The notes beneath the pieces were generated by a model. That model made no database searches and had not been told where the DNA came from. It saw only the letters and a program-made list of their open reading frames with translations. From Vicinamibacterales bacterium (GTDB lineage Bacteria; Acidobacteriota; Vicinamibacteria; Vicinamibacterales; 2-12-FULL-66-21), in NCBI GenBank assembly GCA_035491715.1, contig DATJKH010000029.1, positions 23,555 to 87,554 on the forward strand: a stretch of 64,000 bases of DNA, in the 5' to 3' direction. Shown here in pieces: positions 1-8,431 of the stretch. The translations under genes and the position numbers were made by a program. Numbering within the stretch: position 1 is the stretch's first letter; every line of letters starts with the position of its first letter.

Positions 1-1580
1 GCAACATGATGTGCGATCCCTGCTTCATGGACGCCAATCAGGTCGGCTTCGTGCACGAGCTGTCGTGGGAGGACATCAAGACGCTGCTCGACAATGCGAT
101 TTCGATCAAGCCGAAGCGCCAGATGTCGGTGCAGTTCTCGGGCGGCGAACCGACGATGTCGCCGTACTTCCTGGATGCGGTGCGCTACTCGAAGAAAGTT
201 GGCTACAGCAGTGTCCAGGCGGCGACCAACGGGATCGAGTTCGCAAAGAGCCCGGAGTTCGCCCGTGCGGCAGCAGAAGCAGGTCTGCGCTACGCGTACC
301 TCCAGTTCGATGGCATCGGCAACGCCGCCAACGCCCATCGCCTGGTCGGCAACCTCTTCGACGTCAAGCTGCGCGCGATCGAGAACCTTCACGCCGCCGG
401 CGTCGACATCGTCCCGGTCACGACCATCGTCAACGGCGTCAACAACGAGCAGGTCGGACGAATTATCCAGTTCGCCCTCGATAACCCGAGGAAGATCAAT
501 TTCCTCTCTTTCCAGCCGGTTTCGTTCACTGGACGCGACGAGGAAGTTACCGACGAGCGTCGAGCCGCGCAGCGCTACACGCTCTCGCACCTCGCTCACG
601 ACGTGAAGAGCCAGGTGGGCATTGGTGAACCGGTCCGCGATTGGTTCCCGATCTCGTTCATGGGAACGTTCACCGACTGGGCCGACCTCGTGCACGGTCC
701 CAGTGCGGAGTGGGGCAACCTCGCCTGCGGCTGCCACCCGAACTGCGGCATCGGCATGGCGGTCATGATCGACAAGGAAACGAAGGAAGCCGTGCCGGTG
801 ACGGCGTTCCTGAAGGCCGGACAGGTGGCAGAGGACCTGAAGAAGGTCAACGACGCGGGACGGGGCAAGTTCCTCTCATCGCTGGGAATGGCGCTGGTGC
901 TGATGAAGAACTACGATCCGTTCGCGGCGCCCACGCACTTCAAGCTGATGGATCTGCTGAAGAAGTTCGACAAGACGTTCGGCGCGACCGGCCGCGATTA
1001 CGGCAAGGTGGGAGCGGACCGCACGAAGGCGGATATCGATCGGCGCCGTGCGGATCGCTGGAACTTCCTGTTCATTGCCGGCATGTGGTTCCAGGATCTG
1101 TTCAACTACGACTTCCGCCGTACCGAGCGCTGCATCATTCCGTATGCGACGCAGGAAGGGGAGATCTCTTTCTGCGCCTACAACACCGGAATCGGCTGGC
1201 GCAACATCATCGAGAAGATGCATATGACGGCCACCCTCACCAAGTGGTATGAGGAGCACGGCCGTCACGAGATCTTCGCCGGCGGCAAGAGCGTCGCGCT
1301 GAACAGCAAGGAACACAGCCTTGTGCTCGACGCGGCAGCGGTCGCGGCCGGCAAGCAGCAGGACCTGGACGTTGCCGGCATTGCCAAGACGGCACGCGAG
1401 GAAAAGTTGCGCGCGAAGGCCGAGGCGAAGAAGAAGGCAGAAGAGAACGAGCGCATGGCTGCGTTGTATCGGCAGCACGTTCTCAAGGAATCGCCTGAAG
1501 AGCCGGTCATTCAAATCCAGGGGCTCGGCTCGAAGAAGAAGGAGCCGGTGCAGGAAGTCCTGCACAAGGATCAGCAGTAA
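1..1580 (+). CDS. radical SAM enzyme of the MJ0619 / GDGT-MAS (Tes) tetraether-lipid-synthase-like family; the 5' end lies outside the window
   Basis: The frame is open to the window edge. Nt 3-26 read N-M-M-C-D-P-C-F, and the preceding partial codon ..GC is compatible with Cys, so this is the tail of a CxxxCxxC radical-SAM motif. The blocks QFSGGEPT, ATNGIEF, YLQFDGIG, NFLSFQPVSFTGR and the C-terminal FQDLFNYDF..RCIIPYAT..ISFCAYNT match my recollection of M. jannaschii MJ0619-type proteins. The C-terminus is a Lys/Glu-rich tail. Confidence 0.75.
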   Translation, partial: NMMCDPCFMDANQVGFVHELSWEDIKTLLDNAISIKPKRQMSVQFSGGEPTMSPYFLDAVRYSKKVGYSSVQAATNGIEFAKSPEFARAAAEAGLRYAYLQFDGIGNAANAHRLVGNLFDVKLRAIENLHAAGVDIVPVTTIVNGVNNEQVGRIIQFALDNPRKINFLSFQPVSFTGRDEEVTDERRAAQRYTLSHLAHDVKSQVGIGEPVRDWFPISFMGTFTDWADLVHGPSAEWGNLACGCHPNCGIGMAVMIDKETKEAVPVTAFLKAGQVAEDLKKVNDAGRGKFLSSLGMALVLMKNYDPFAAPTHFKLMDLLKKFDKTFGATGRDYGKVGADRTKADIDRRRADRWNFLFIAGMWFQDLFNYDFRRTERCIIPYATQEGEISFCAYNTGIGWRNIIEKMHMTATLTKWYEEHGRHEIFAGGKSVALNSKEHSLVLDAAAVAAGKQQDLDVAGIAKTAREEKLRAKAEAKKKAEENERMAALYRQHVLKESPEEPVIQIQGLGSKKKEPVQEVLHKDQQ

Positions 1581-1620
1581 GACGCCTTCCGCCTTTAGGC
1601 GGAAGATCCGGTTAAATTTA

Positions 1621-1652
1621 GGGCGCGGTCTTCAGACCGCGCCCTTCTTTTT
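1621..1652 (+). terminator. intrinsic terminator hairpin that is also a copy of the REP-like palindrome
   Basis: Perfect 10-bp stem GGGCGCGGTC / GACCGCGCCC with a TTCA loop, followed by TTCTTTTT. A second hairpin, CTTCCGCC-TTTA-GGCGGAAG, lies at about 1587..1606. The next ATG (1653) abuts the T-run. Confidence 0.6.
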
Positions 1653-2390
1653 ATGCCTACTCTTCAGGTTTCCAGCCTCCGCAAGTCCTACGGCGACCGC
1701 CTCGCGGTCGACGACCTGACATTTTCAACGGCTCCGGGTGAGATCGTCGGATTGCTGGGTCCGAACGGCGCTGGGAAAACGACGACGATCAATATGATTC
1801 TCGGCGTGCTCGAACCGAGCGGCGGACGGATTCACATCGAAGGCCGCAGCCTTGCCACCGATCGTCGAGAAGCGCTTCAGCGGACGAATTTCGCGGCCGT
1901 TTACGCCCCACTGCCCGGCAACTTGACCGTCGAGCAGAACCTGAAATTCTTCGGCATGCTCTACGGGGTGGCTTCCCTGAAGAACCGAATCGATACGGTG
2001 CTGGAGCAGTTCGATCTCCTCGGGTTCCGTCGCACGAAATGTGGTGTGTTGTCTTCCGGAGAGCAAACGCGGGTGTGCCTGGCAAAGGCCATGCTGAACG
2101 CGCCGAGGCTTCTACTTCTGGACGAACCGACCGCCTCGCTTGATCCGGCGACGGCGAGAGAAGTTCGCGCGAAGATCCGCGGCCTTGCGACCGACCGGCA
2201 GGTCAGCGTGCTGTGGACGTCGCACAACATGTATGAAGTCGAGTCGGTATGCGATCGCGTGCTGTTCCTGTCGCGTGGACGAGTGCTGCTCGAGGGGAAC
2301 CCGAAGACCCTTCCCGATGAACATGGGAAAGGGACGCTCGAAGAACTCTTCATTGCGGTTGCGCGCGAGCCGCTTTCACTCGAGTCCTGA
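1653..2390 (+). CDS. ABC transporter ATP-binding protein (ABC-2 exporter type)
   Basis: Walker A GPNGAGKTT, signature LSSGEQ, Walker B LLLLDEPT. Confidence 0.9.
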   Translation: MPTLQVSSLRKSYGDRLAVDDLTFSTAPGEIVGLLGPNGAGKTTTINMILGVLEPSGGRIHIEGRSLATDRREALQRTNFAAVYAPLPGNLTVEQNLKFFGMLYGVASLKNRIDTVLEQFDLLGFRRTKCGVLSSGEQTRVCLAKAMLNAPRLLLLDEPTASLDPATAREVRAKIRGLATDRQVSVLWTSHNMYEVESVCDRVLFLSRGRVLLEGNPKTLPDEHGKGTLEELFIAVAREPLSLES

Positions 2391-2395
2391 CAACC

Positions 2396-3199
2396 GTGCG
2401 AATCACCCCAGTCCGGGCGATCGTCCTGCGGCAGTTGTACCTCCTCCGTGGCGGACCGACGCGAGTCTTGTCGCTCGTCATCTGGGTCGCCATCGACATC
2501 ATCCTGTGGGGCTTCATGACGAAGTACCTCAACACGGTGACGGCGGCGGGTTTTGATTTCGTGCCGGTGTTGCTCGGCGCCGTACTGATGTGGGACTTTT
2601 TCACTCGCGTGATGTTTGGCGTGACGATGGCGTTCTTTGAGGACGTCTGGTCGAGGAACTTCCTCAACATCTTTGGTTCACCTGTATCCATCAATGAGTA
2701 CCTGACGGGCCTCGTGTCGTCGAGCATCATCACGAGCACGTTGGGTCTCGTCGTGATGCTGATCCTGGCGGTGGCGTTGTTTGGCCTGTCGTTTATCTTG
2801 TACGGTGGGCTGCTTGTTCCGTTTCTGATGGTGCTGTTCCTCTTCGGCATTGCTCTCGGCATCGTCGGCTGTTCGTTCGTGTTGCGGTTTGGGCCGTCTG
2901 CCGAGTGGTTCGTCTGGCCGATTCCGGCAATCCTGTCACCGTTCGCCGGAGTGTTCTATCCAATCTCGACCATGCCGACATGGATTCAGTGGATCGCACA
3001 CCTTCTACCGCCCATGTATGTCTTCGAGGGAATGCGTGCGATTGTGACCGGCGGGGCGATGTCGATGAAATCGCTGACGATGGGCGGAGTGCTCGCCGTG
3101 TTGTACGTCCTTGCGGCCTCTTTGGTATTTACACGGGTGTACCGCAATGCAGTGCGAACGGGGTTGATCGCGAGGTACAGCGCGGAAACGATTACATAA
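2396..3199 (+). CDS. ABC-2 family transporter permease
   Basis: A polytopic hydrophobic protein that starts 6 nt after the ATPase stop. The layout and length are typical of an ABC-2 membrane domain. Confidence 0.8.
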   Translation: MRITPVRAIVLRQLYLLRGGPTRVLSLVIWVAIDIILWGFMTKYLNTVTAAGFDFVPVLLGAVLMWDFFTRVMFGVTMAFFEDVWSRNFLNIFGSPVSINEYLTGLVSSSIITSTLGLVVMLILAVALFGLSFILYGGLLVPFLMVLFLFGIALGIVGCSFVLRFGPSAEWFVWPIPAILSPFAGVFYPISTMPTWIQWIAHLLPPMYVFEGMRAIVTGGAMSMKSLTMGGVLAVLYVLAASLVFTRVYRNAVRTGLIARYSAETIT

Positions 3200-3345
3200 C
3201 GGCCATTCACCGTCGCGCTGAGACGAACCCGCGTTTAACGCGAAGGTACGAAGAATCGAGTGCTTCGACTCTTCGCGCCTTCGACGCAAGCCGTCGGCAC
3301 GTGTAGGACGCCTGTAGTAGCGTGTTTGGCGTAAGATACGCGGTC

Positions 3346-5559
3346 ATGCAGCAAGTCGTCTCACCTGCTCGACTCATCACGATTGCCGGGCTGCTCGTTC
3401 TGTGTGCCGCCGCTTCAGCCGTCGCGCAGGCGCCCCCGACCAAACTCAAAACGAAGTGGGCCGCCGACGTGTCGCCGACACGTGTGCTTCCCGAATATCC
3501 CCGTCCGGAAATGGTTCGGACAGCCTGGCAGAACCTCAACGGCGAGTGGGATTACGCCATTGCGGACGCCACTGCCCAGAAGCCGGCAGCCTTTGCCGGA
3601 AAGATCCTTGTTCCATTCCCCGTGCAATCGCAATTGAGTGGCGTCGCCGCCGCCGTGACAGACCAACAGCGGCTCTGGTATCGGCGCACGTTTCGCGCCG
3701 GCACCGTTCCGCGCGGGTCGAGAGTACTGCTGCATTTCGGCGCCGTCGACTGGGAGTCGCACGTGTTCGTCAACGGTAAGGAAGTCGGCCGTCATAGCGG
3801 CGGATACGATCCGTTTTCGTTCGACATTACGTCGGCACTCAAGGCATCTGGCGATCAGGAACTCATCGTCAGCGTCTGGGATCCGACCGACAAGGGACCG
3901 CAGCCGCGTGGTAAGCAGGTTCTCGAGCCGAAGAGCATTTGGTACACAGCGGTGACAGGCATCTGGCAGACCGTATGGTTCGAGACCGTGCCCGATGCGT
4001 ACATCACCGGTCTGGATATCGGTACGGATGCCAACGCCGGGACGATCAGCGTGACCGTGCGATCGAACAGCGGCGCGGCCGGGAACGCGCGGGTGACTGT
4101 GCGCGATGGATCGCGAACCGTCGGCGAGGCAACCGGGGGCGTGGGCCAGCCTATCGTCGTTCGCGTTGCGCAACCGAAATTGTGGTCGCCGGATCAGCCA
4201 TTCCTCTACGACCTGCGAGTGGCTCTCGGTGGCGATGCCGTTCAGAGCTATGCCGGTATCCGCACGATTTCCGTGCAACGTGACCAGGCGGGTGTGAATC
4301 GCCTGTTTCTCAATGGTAAGGCGCTGTTTCAATATGGGTTGCTCGATCAGGGATGGTGGCCTGACGGTCTCTACACTGCGCCAACAGACGAGGCGCTCGC
4401 GTCGGACATCGAAACGACCAAGCGTCTCGGTTTCAACATGATTCGCAAGCACGTGAAGGTCGAACCGGCGCGGTGGTACTACCACGCGGATCGATTAGGC
4501 GTGCTCGTGTGGCAGGACATGCCCAGCGGCGGCGACAAGACGCCCGAAAACAAAGACATGTTTGCCGGCGAACTCGAACATGTGATTGACGCCCTGGACA
4601 ATCATCCGTCAATCGTCATGTGGGTCCCCTTCAACGAAGGCTGGGGGCAGCACGAGACGGAACAGTACGTTCAGTGGATTAAGCAGCGCGACCCCAGTCG
4701 CCTGGTGAACAATTCGAGCGGCTGGACCGACAAAGGCGTCGGCGACGTCTCCGATGTCCATTCATATCCGGCGCCGATCCGCCCACCGCTCGAAGATAAA
4801 CGCGCGGCGGTGCTCGGCGAGTTCGGCGGGCTTGGTCTTCCGCTCGAGGGGCACACCTGGATCGAAAAAGGAAACTGGGGATATCGGACCTACAAAACGC
4901 AGGAAGAACTCGGGCAGGCGTATCGCGATCTCATGCATCAGTTGAGAATCCTTGTCGGCGAAGGTCTTTCCGCCGCTATTTATACGCAGACAACGGACGT
5001 GGAGATCGAAGTGAACGGGATGCTCACCTACGACCGCGCGGTTGTGAAGCTTCCGGCCGACGCAAAGGAATTGTCCAACCGGCTATCGACGCCGCCGTCG
5101 GTGCGTGAAGTCGTTGCGACATCGGAAAAGTCGCCACAGTCGTGGCGCTACACAACCAACACACCTGTTGAAAACTGGTTTTCGACGAGTTTCGACGACC
5201 GCGTGTGGACGCAGAGCAACGGCGGCTTCGGCCGGCCCAACCCAAACAATAAGGCAAGCGTCGGAACTCCCTGGCAAACATCCGATATATGGTTGCGAAG
5301 GTCGTTCGATCTTCCCGCCGGCGCGCTGACCAATCCGCATCTGCGTATCTATCACGACGACGACGCCGAGGTGTATTTGAACGGTCAGCGGATCGCGACC
5401 TTGCCGGGTGCGGTCAATGGCTATTCATACGTGCCGCTCGATGCCACGGCAAAGGCGCTGTTGAAAGCCGGGGCCTCAAACATGCTTGCCATTCACGTCA
5501 AACAGGTTCGTGGCGGGCAGTTTGCGGATGCAGGATTGGTTGACGTCGTTGAAAAGTGA
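3346..5559 (+). CDS. glycoside hydrolase family 2 (beta-galactosidase/beta-glucuronidase-like), secreted
   Basis: The GH2 sugar-binding block HFGAVDWESHVFVNGKEVGRHSGGYDPFSFDIT is present. The TIM-barrel blocks FNMIRKH and NHPSIVMWVPFNEGWG are also present. Starting at the in-frame ATG 3346 gives a signal peptide ending AVAQA. The ORF track start at 3322 is a GTG. Confidence 0.8.
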   Translation: MQQVVSPARLITIAGLLVLCAAASAVAQAPPTKLKTKWAADVSPTRVLPEYPRPEMVRTAWQNLNGEWDYAIADATAQKPAAFAGKILVPFPVQSQLSGVAAAVTDQQRLWYRRTFRAGTVPRGSRVLLHFGAVDWESHVFVNGKEVGRHSGGYDPFSFDITSALKASGDQELIVSVWDPTDKGPQPRGKQVLEPKSIWYTAVTGIWQTVWFETVPDAYITGLDIGTDANAGTISVTVRSNSGAAGNARVTVRDGSRTVGEATGGVGQPIVVRVAQPKLWSPDQPFLYDLRVALGGDAVQSYAGIRTISVQRDQAGVNRLFLNGKALFQYGLLDQGWWPDGLYTAPTDEALASDIETTKRLGFNMIRKHVKVEPARWYYHADRLGVLVWQDMPSGGDKTPENKDMFAGELEHVIDALDNHPSIVMWVPFNEGWGQHETEQYVQWIKQRDPSRLVNNSSGWTDKGVGDVSDVHSYPAPIRPPLEDKRAAVLGEFGGLGLPLEGHTWIEKGNWGYRTYKTQEELGQAYRDLMHQLRILVGEGLSAAIYTQTTDVEIEVNGMLTYDRAVVKLPADAKELSNRLSTPPSVREVVATSEKSPQSWRYTTNTPVENWFSTSFDDRVWTQSNGGFGRPNPNNKASVGTPWQTSDIWLRRSFDLPAGALTNPHLRIYHDDDAEVYLNGQRIATLPGAVNGYSYVPLDATAKALLKAGASNMLAIHVKQVRGGQFADAGLVDVVEK

Positions 5560-5574
5560 ATTCGAGTATTCACG

Positions 5575-6708
5575 ATGCGCTTTTCGATTGCGATCATGTT
5601 GCTGATGACGATGGGCGCGTACGACGCACAGTCCGGTGGCACTCCACAGCGCGGTGTCACCCGCACGCCGTTTGGTAAGACACGCGATGGCAAAACAGTT
5701 GAGATCTACACGCTGACAAACGCACATGGCGTCCAGATGCGGGTCATCACCTACGGCGGCATTATCACCAGTTTGAAGCTGCCCGATCGTTCCGGGCGTC
5801 TCGGCGACATCGTCCTCGGGTTCGACACCCTTGATGGATATCTCAAGGACCCTCCGTACTTCGGGGCAGTCATCGGGCGCTACGGCAATCGCATTGCGAA
5901 AGGGCAGTTCACGCTCGACGGGAAGACGTTCAAGCTGGCGACCAACAACGGACCGAATCACCTGCACGGCGGGGTCAAGGGGTTCGACAAAGTGGTGTGG
6001 AACGCTGTTCCGGGCACCGATGCGAACGGCGTCAGCGTGGCGCTGTCGCGCACCAGCCCCGACGGGGAAGAGGGCTACCCGGGCAATCTCCAGGCAACGG
6101 TGCGCTACACATTGACCGACAAGAACGAACTTGCCATCGACTACCGCGCGACCGCCGACAAGGCAACGCCAGTGAATCTCACGCAGCACAGCTACTTCAA
6201 TCTCGCTGACGATTCGAGCGACATTCTCGGTCACGAGTTGACGATCCGTGCAGGGCGCTACACCCCCGTGGACGCCACGCTCATTCCAACCGGCGAAATG
6301 GCCGCGGTCGAAGGAACGCCATTCGATTTCAGGAAAGCGACGACGATTGGCGCTCGTATTGCCACCGAGAACGCGCAGTTGAAGAACGGCGGTGGATACG
6401 ATCACAACTGGGTGCTCGATCGTAGCGGTGGAGGCCTGCAGCCAGCCGCGCGGCTCGTTGATCCGAAGAGCGGGCGGACACTCGAAGTGGCAACGACGGA
6501 GCCGGGTCTCCAGTTCTATTCCGGAAACTTCCTCGACGGATCGATTAGCGGCAAGGGCGGCCGTGTCTATCGCCATCGTACCGGCCTATCTCTGGAGACG
6601 CAGCACTATCCGGACTCGCCGAATCACTCGAACTTCCCGTCGACGATCCTGAAACCAGGACAGACCTATTCTTCGCAGACCGTATTTGCGTTCGGTGTGC
6701 AGAAGTAG
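5575..6708 (+). CDS. galM: aldose 1-epimerase (galactose mutarotase)
   Basis: Motifs GRYGNRIA, NNGPNHLHGG, HSYFNL and a GalM-like C-terminus. The N-terminus is hydrophobic. Confidence 0.9.
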   Translation: MRFSIAIMLLMTMGAYDAQSGGTPQRGVTRTPFGKTRDGKTVEIYTLTNAHGVQMRVITYGGIITSLKLPDRSGRLGDIVLGFDTLDGYLKDPPYFGAVIGRYGNRIAKGQFTLDGKTFKLATNNGPNHLHGGVKGFDKVVWNAVPGTDANGVSVALSRTSPDGEEGYPGNLQATVRYTLTDKNELAIDYRATADKATPVNLTQHSYFNLADDSSDILGHELTIRAGRYTPVDATLIPTGEMAAVEGTPFDFRKATTIGARIATENAQLKNGGGYDHNWVLDRSGGGLQPAARLVDPKSGRTLEVATTEPGLQFYSGNFLDGSISGKGGRVYRHRTGLSLETQHYPDSPNHSNFPSTILKPGQTYSSQTVFAFGVQK

Positions 6709-6716
6709 CGAGCACT

Positions 6717-8411
6717 ATGAAGCGTGATGTTGCGATCGCGACGATTCTTGTCTCCGTCGCGCTGGCCTCGTGGTCCGGCCTGGCGCAGAACGACACATCA
6801 AAGATCTCCATCCGCGTCGATGCAACGAAGCGGCTCGGGCCGATGACCACCATGTGGGCGTTCTTCGGTCACGATGAGCCCAATTACACCTACATGCCGG
6901 ACGGGCGGAAGCTCCTGTCAGAACTCGCGGCGCTGAGCCCGGTGCCGGTGAATGTTCGAGTCCACAATCTATTAACGACCGGGGATGGAACACCCGCTCT
7001 GAAATGGGGATCGACCAACGCGTACACCGAGGATGCGCAGGGGCGCCCGGTGTACGACTGGACGATTGTCGATCGCATCTTTGATACCTACGTCGAGCGC
7101 AAGATGAAGCCGCTTGTGCAGATTGGCTTCATGCCGAAAGCGCTTTCAACGAAGCCCGAGCCTTACCAGCACAACTGGATGCCCGGCGTTCAGTACAGCC
7201 AGATCTACACAGGGTGGGCCTATCCTCCAGCCGATTATTCGAAGTGGCGAGAATTGGTCTATCAGTGGGCGCGGCACACGGTAGAGCGATACGGCGTCAA
7301 TGAGGTCAAGACCTGGTATTGGGAAGTGTGGAACGAGCCCGACATCGGGTACTGGCAGGGCACGCCGCAGGAATTCCAGAAGCTGTATGACTTCGCAGCC
7401 GACGGCTTGAAGCGGGCACTGCCAGAGGCCAGGATTGGTGGTCCCGAAGTTACGGGGCCAAATGGCGCGCGAACACAGCAGATATTGAAGGATTTCATCG
7501 AGCACTGCCTGCGAGGCACGAACAATGCGACCGGCCAGCGCGGCGCGCCACTTGATTTCGTGACCTTTCACGCCAAAGGCGCTCCACGCGTTGTCGACGG
7601 TCACGTCCGAATGGGCATCAGCAATCAGTTGCGTGCGATCTCGAACGGGTTCCAGATCGTCGCGTCCTATCCTGAGCTTCGAACGACGCCGATTGTGATC
7701 GGCGAGTCGGACCCGGAAGGATGCGCCGCGTGCTCGGTTCGAACCAATCCGGAGAACGCGTATCGCAACGGCACCATGTATTCCAGTTATACCGCGGCGC
7801 AGATCGCGCGCACGTTCGAGTTGGCCGATCTTCATAAGGTCAACCTGCTTGGATCCTTGACGTGGGCATTCGAATTCGAAGGACAACCGATGTTTGCCGG
7901 ATTTCGCGATCTCGCCACGAACGGCATCGACAAGCCGGTGCTCAACGTCTTTCGCATGCTGGGAAAGATGCGCGGCGACAGGGTTGTGGTGACCAGCACC
8001 AGCGCTGCGAATACCGAGACGATCAGAGATTCCGGTGTCCGCGAAGCCGCCGACGTTTATGCGTTGGCCAGCCGAACGGATCGCTCGATGGAGATCCTCG
8101 TGTGGAACTATCACGACGACGATGTGCCGGCGCCGGCTGTCCGGATTGCCCTGACCGCGGAGGGGCTGTCAGGGCGTCAAGCAACGGTCACGGAATACAG
8201 GGTCGACGATCGTCACAGCAACTCGTACGAAGCGTGGAAACAGATGGGATCGCCGCAGACGCTCACGTCTGAGCAACGAAGTGCGCTCGAGAAGGCGGGT
8301 CAACTGCAGACGATGGGATCGCCGGCGCGCAGGAACATTGAGGGCGGTCGTCTCACACTCGACGTGTCGCTGCCGAGACAAGGTGTCGCCCTGTTTACCG
8401 TAACCTTTTAG
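6717..8411 (+). CDS. glycoside hydrolase family 39-like (beta-xylosidase / iduronidase-type), secreted
   Basis: Signal peptide ends ..SGLAQ. The acid/base block WYWEVWNEPD and a candidate nucleophile block VIGESD are present, and the length fits GH39. Confidence 0.7.
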   Translation: MKRDVAIATILVSVALASWSGLAQNDTSKISIRVDATKRLGPMTTMWAFFGHDEPNYTYMPDGRKLLSELAALSPVPVNVRVHNLLTTGDGTPALKWGSTNAYTEDAQGRPVYDWTIVDRIFDTYVERKMKPLVQIGFMPKALSTKPEPYQHNWMPGVQYSQIYTGWAYPPADYSKWRELVYQWARHTVERYGVNEVKTWYWEVWNEPDIGYWQGTPQEFQKLYDFAADGLKRALPEARIGGPEVTGPNGARTQQILKDFIEHCLRGTNNATGQRGAPLDFVTFHAKGAPRVVDGHVRMGISNQLRAISNGFQIVASYPELRTTPIVIGESDPEGCAACSVRTNPENAYRNGTMYSSYTAAQIARTFELADLHKVNLLGSLTWAFEFEGQPMFAGFRDLATNGIDKPVLNVFRMLGKMRGDRVVVTSTSAANTETIRDSGVREAADVYALASRTDRSMEILVWNYHDDDVPAPAVRIALTAEGLSGRQATVTEYRVDDRHSNSYEAWKQMGSPQTLTSEQRSALEKAGQLQTMGSPARRNIEGGRLTLDVSLPRQGVALFTVTF

Positions 8412-8431
8412 GCAGCCGCCAGCCGCCAGGT

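Noticed and set aside
3415-4485. A 356-aa minus-strand ORF lies antisense to the GH2 gene. Similar long antisense or alternate-frame ORFs occur at 5476-6576, 7146-8114, 8882-9631, 9683-10561, 11978-12712, 16021-17028, 38315-38977, 40916-41941, 42202-44037, 47591-48769, 48618-49841 and 56007-56723.
   Set aside because: Their translations are Arg/Gly/Pro/Ala-rich with no recognisable motifs. Each fully overlaps a gene with strong family signatures on the other strand or in another frame. Long stop-free shadow ORFs are expected in G+C-rich DNA.
8411-8430. The shared 12-mer CCAGCCGCCAGG between the GH39/ADOP gap and the S9 peptidase 5' region (about 24990-25001), considered as evidence of a dispersed repeat family.
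   Set aside because: A single short GC-rich match could arise by chance in this composition. It is mentioned under the microsatellite finding but is not called as a family.
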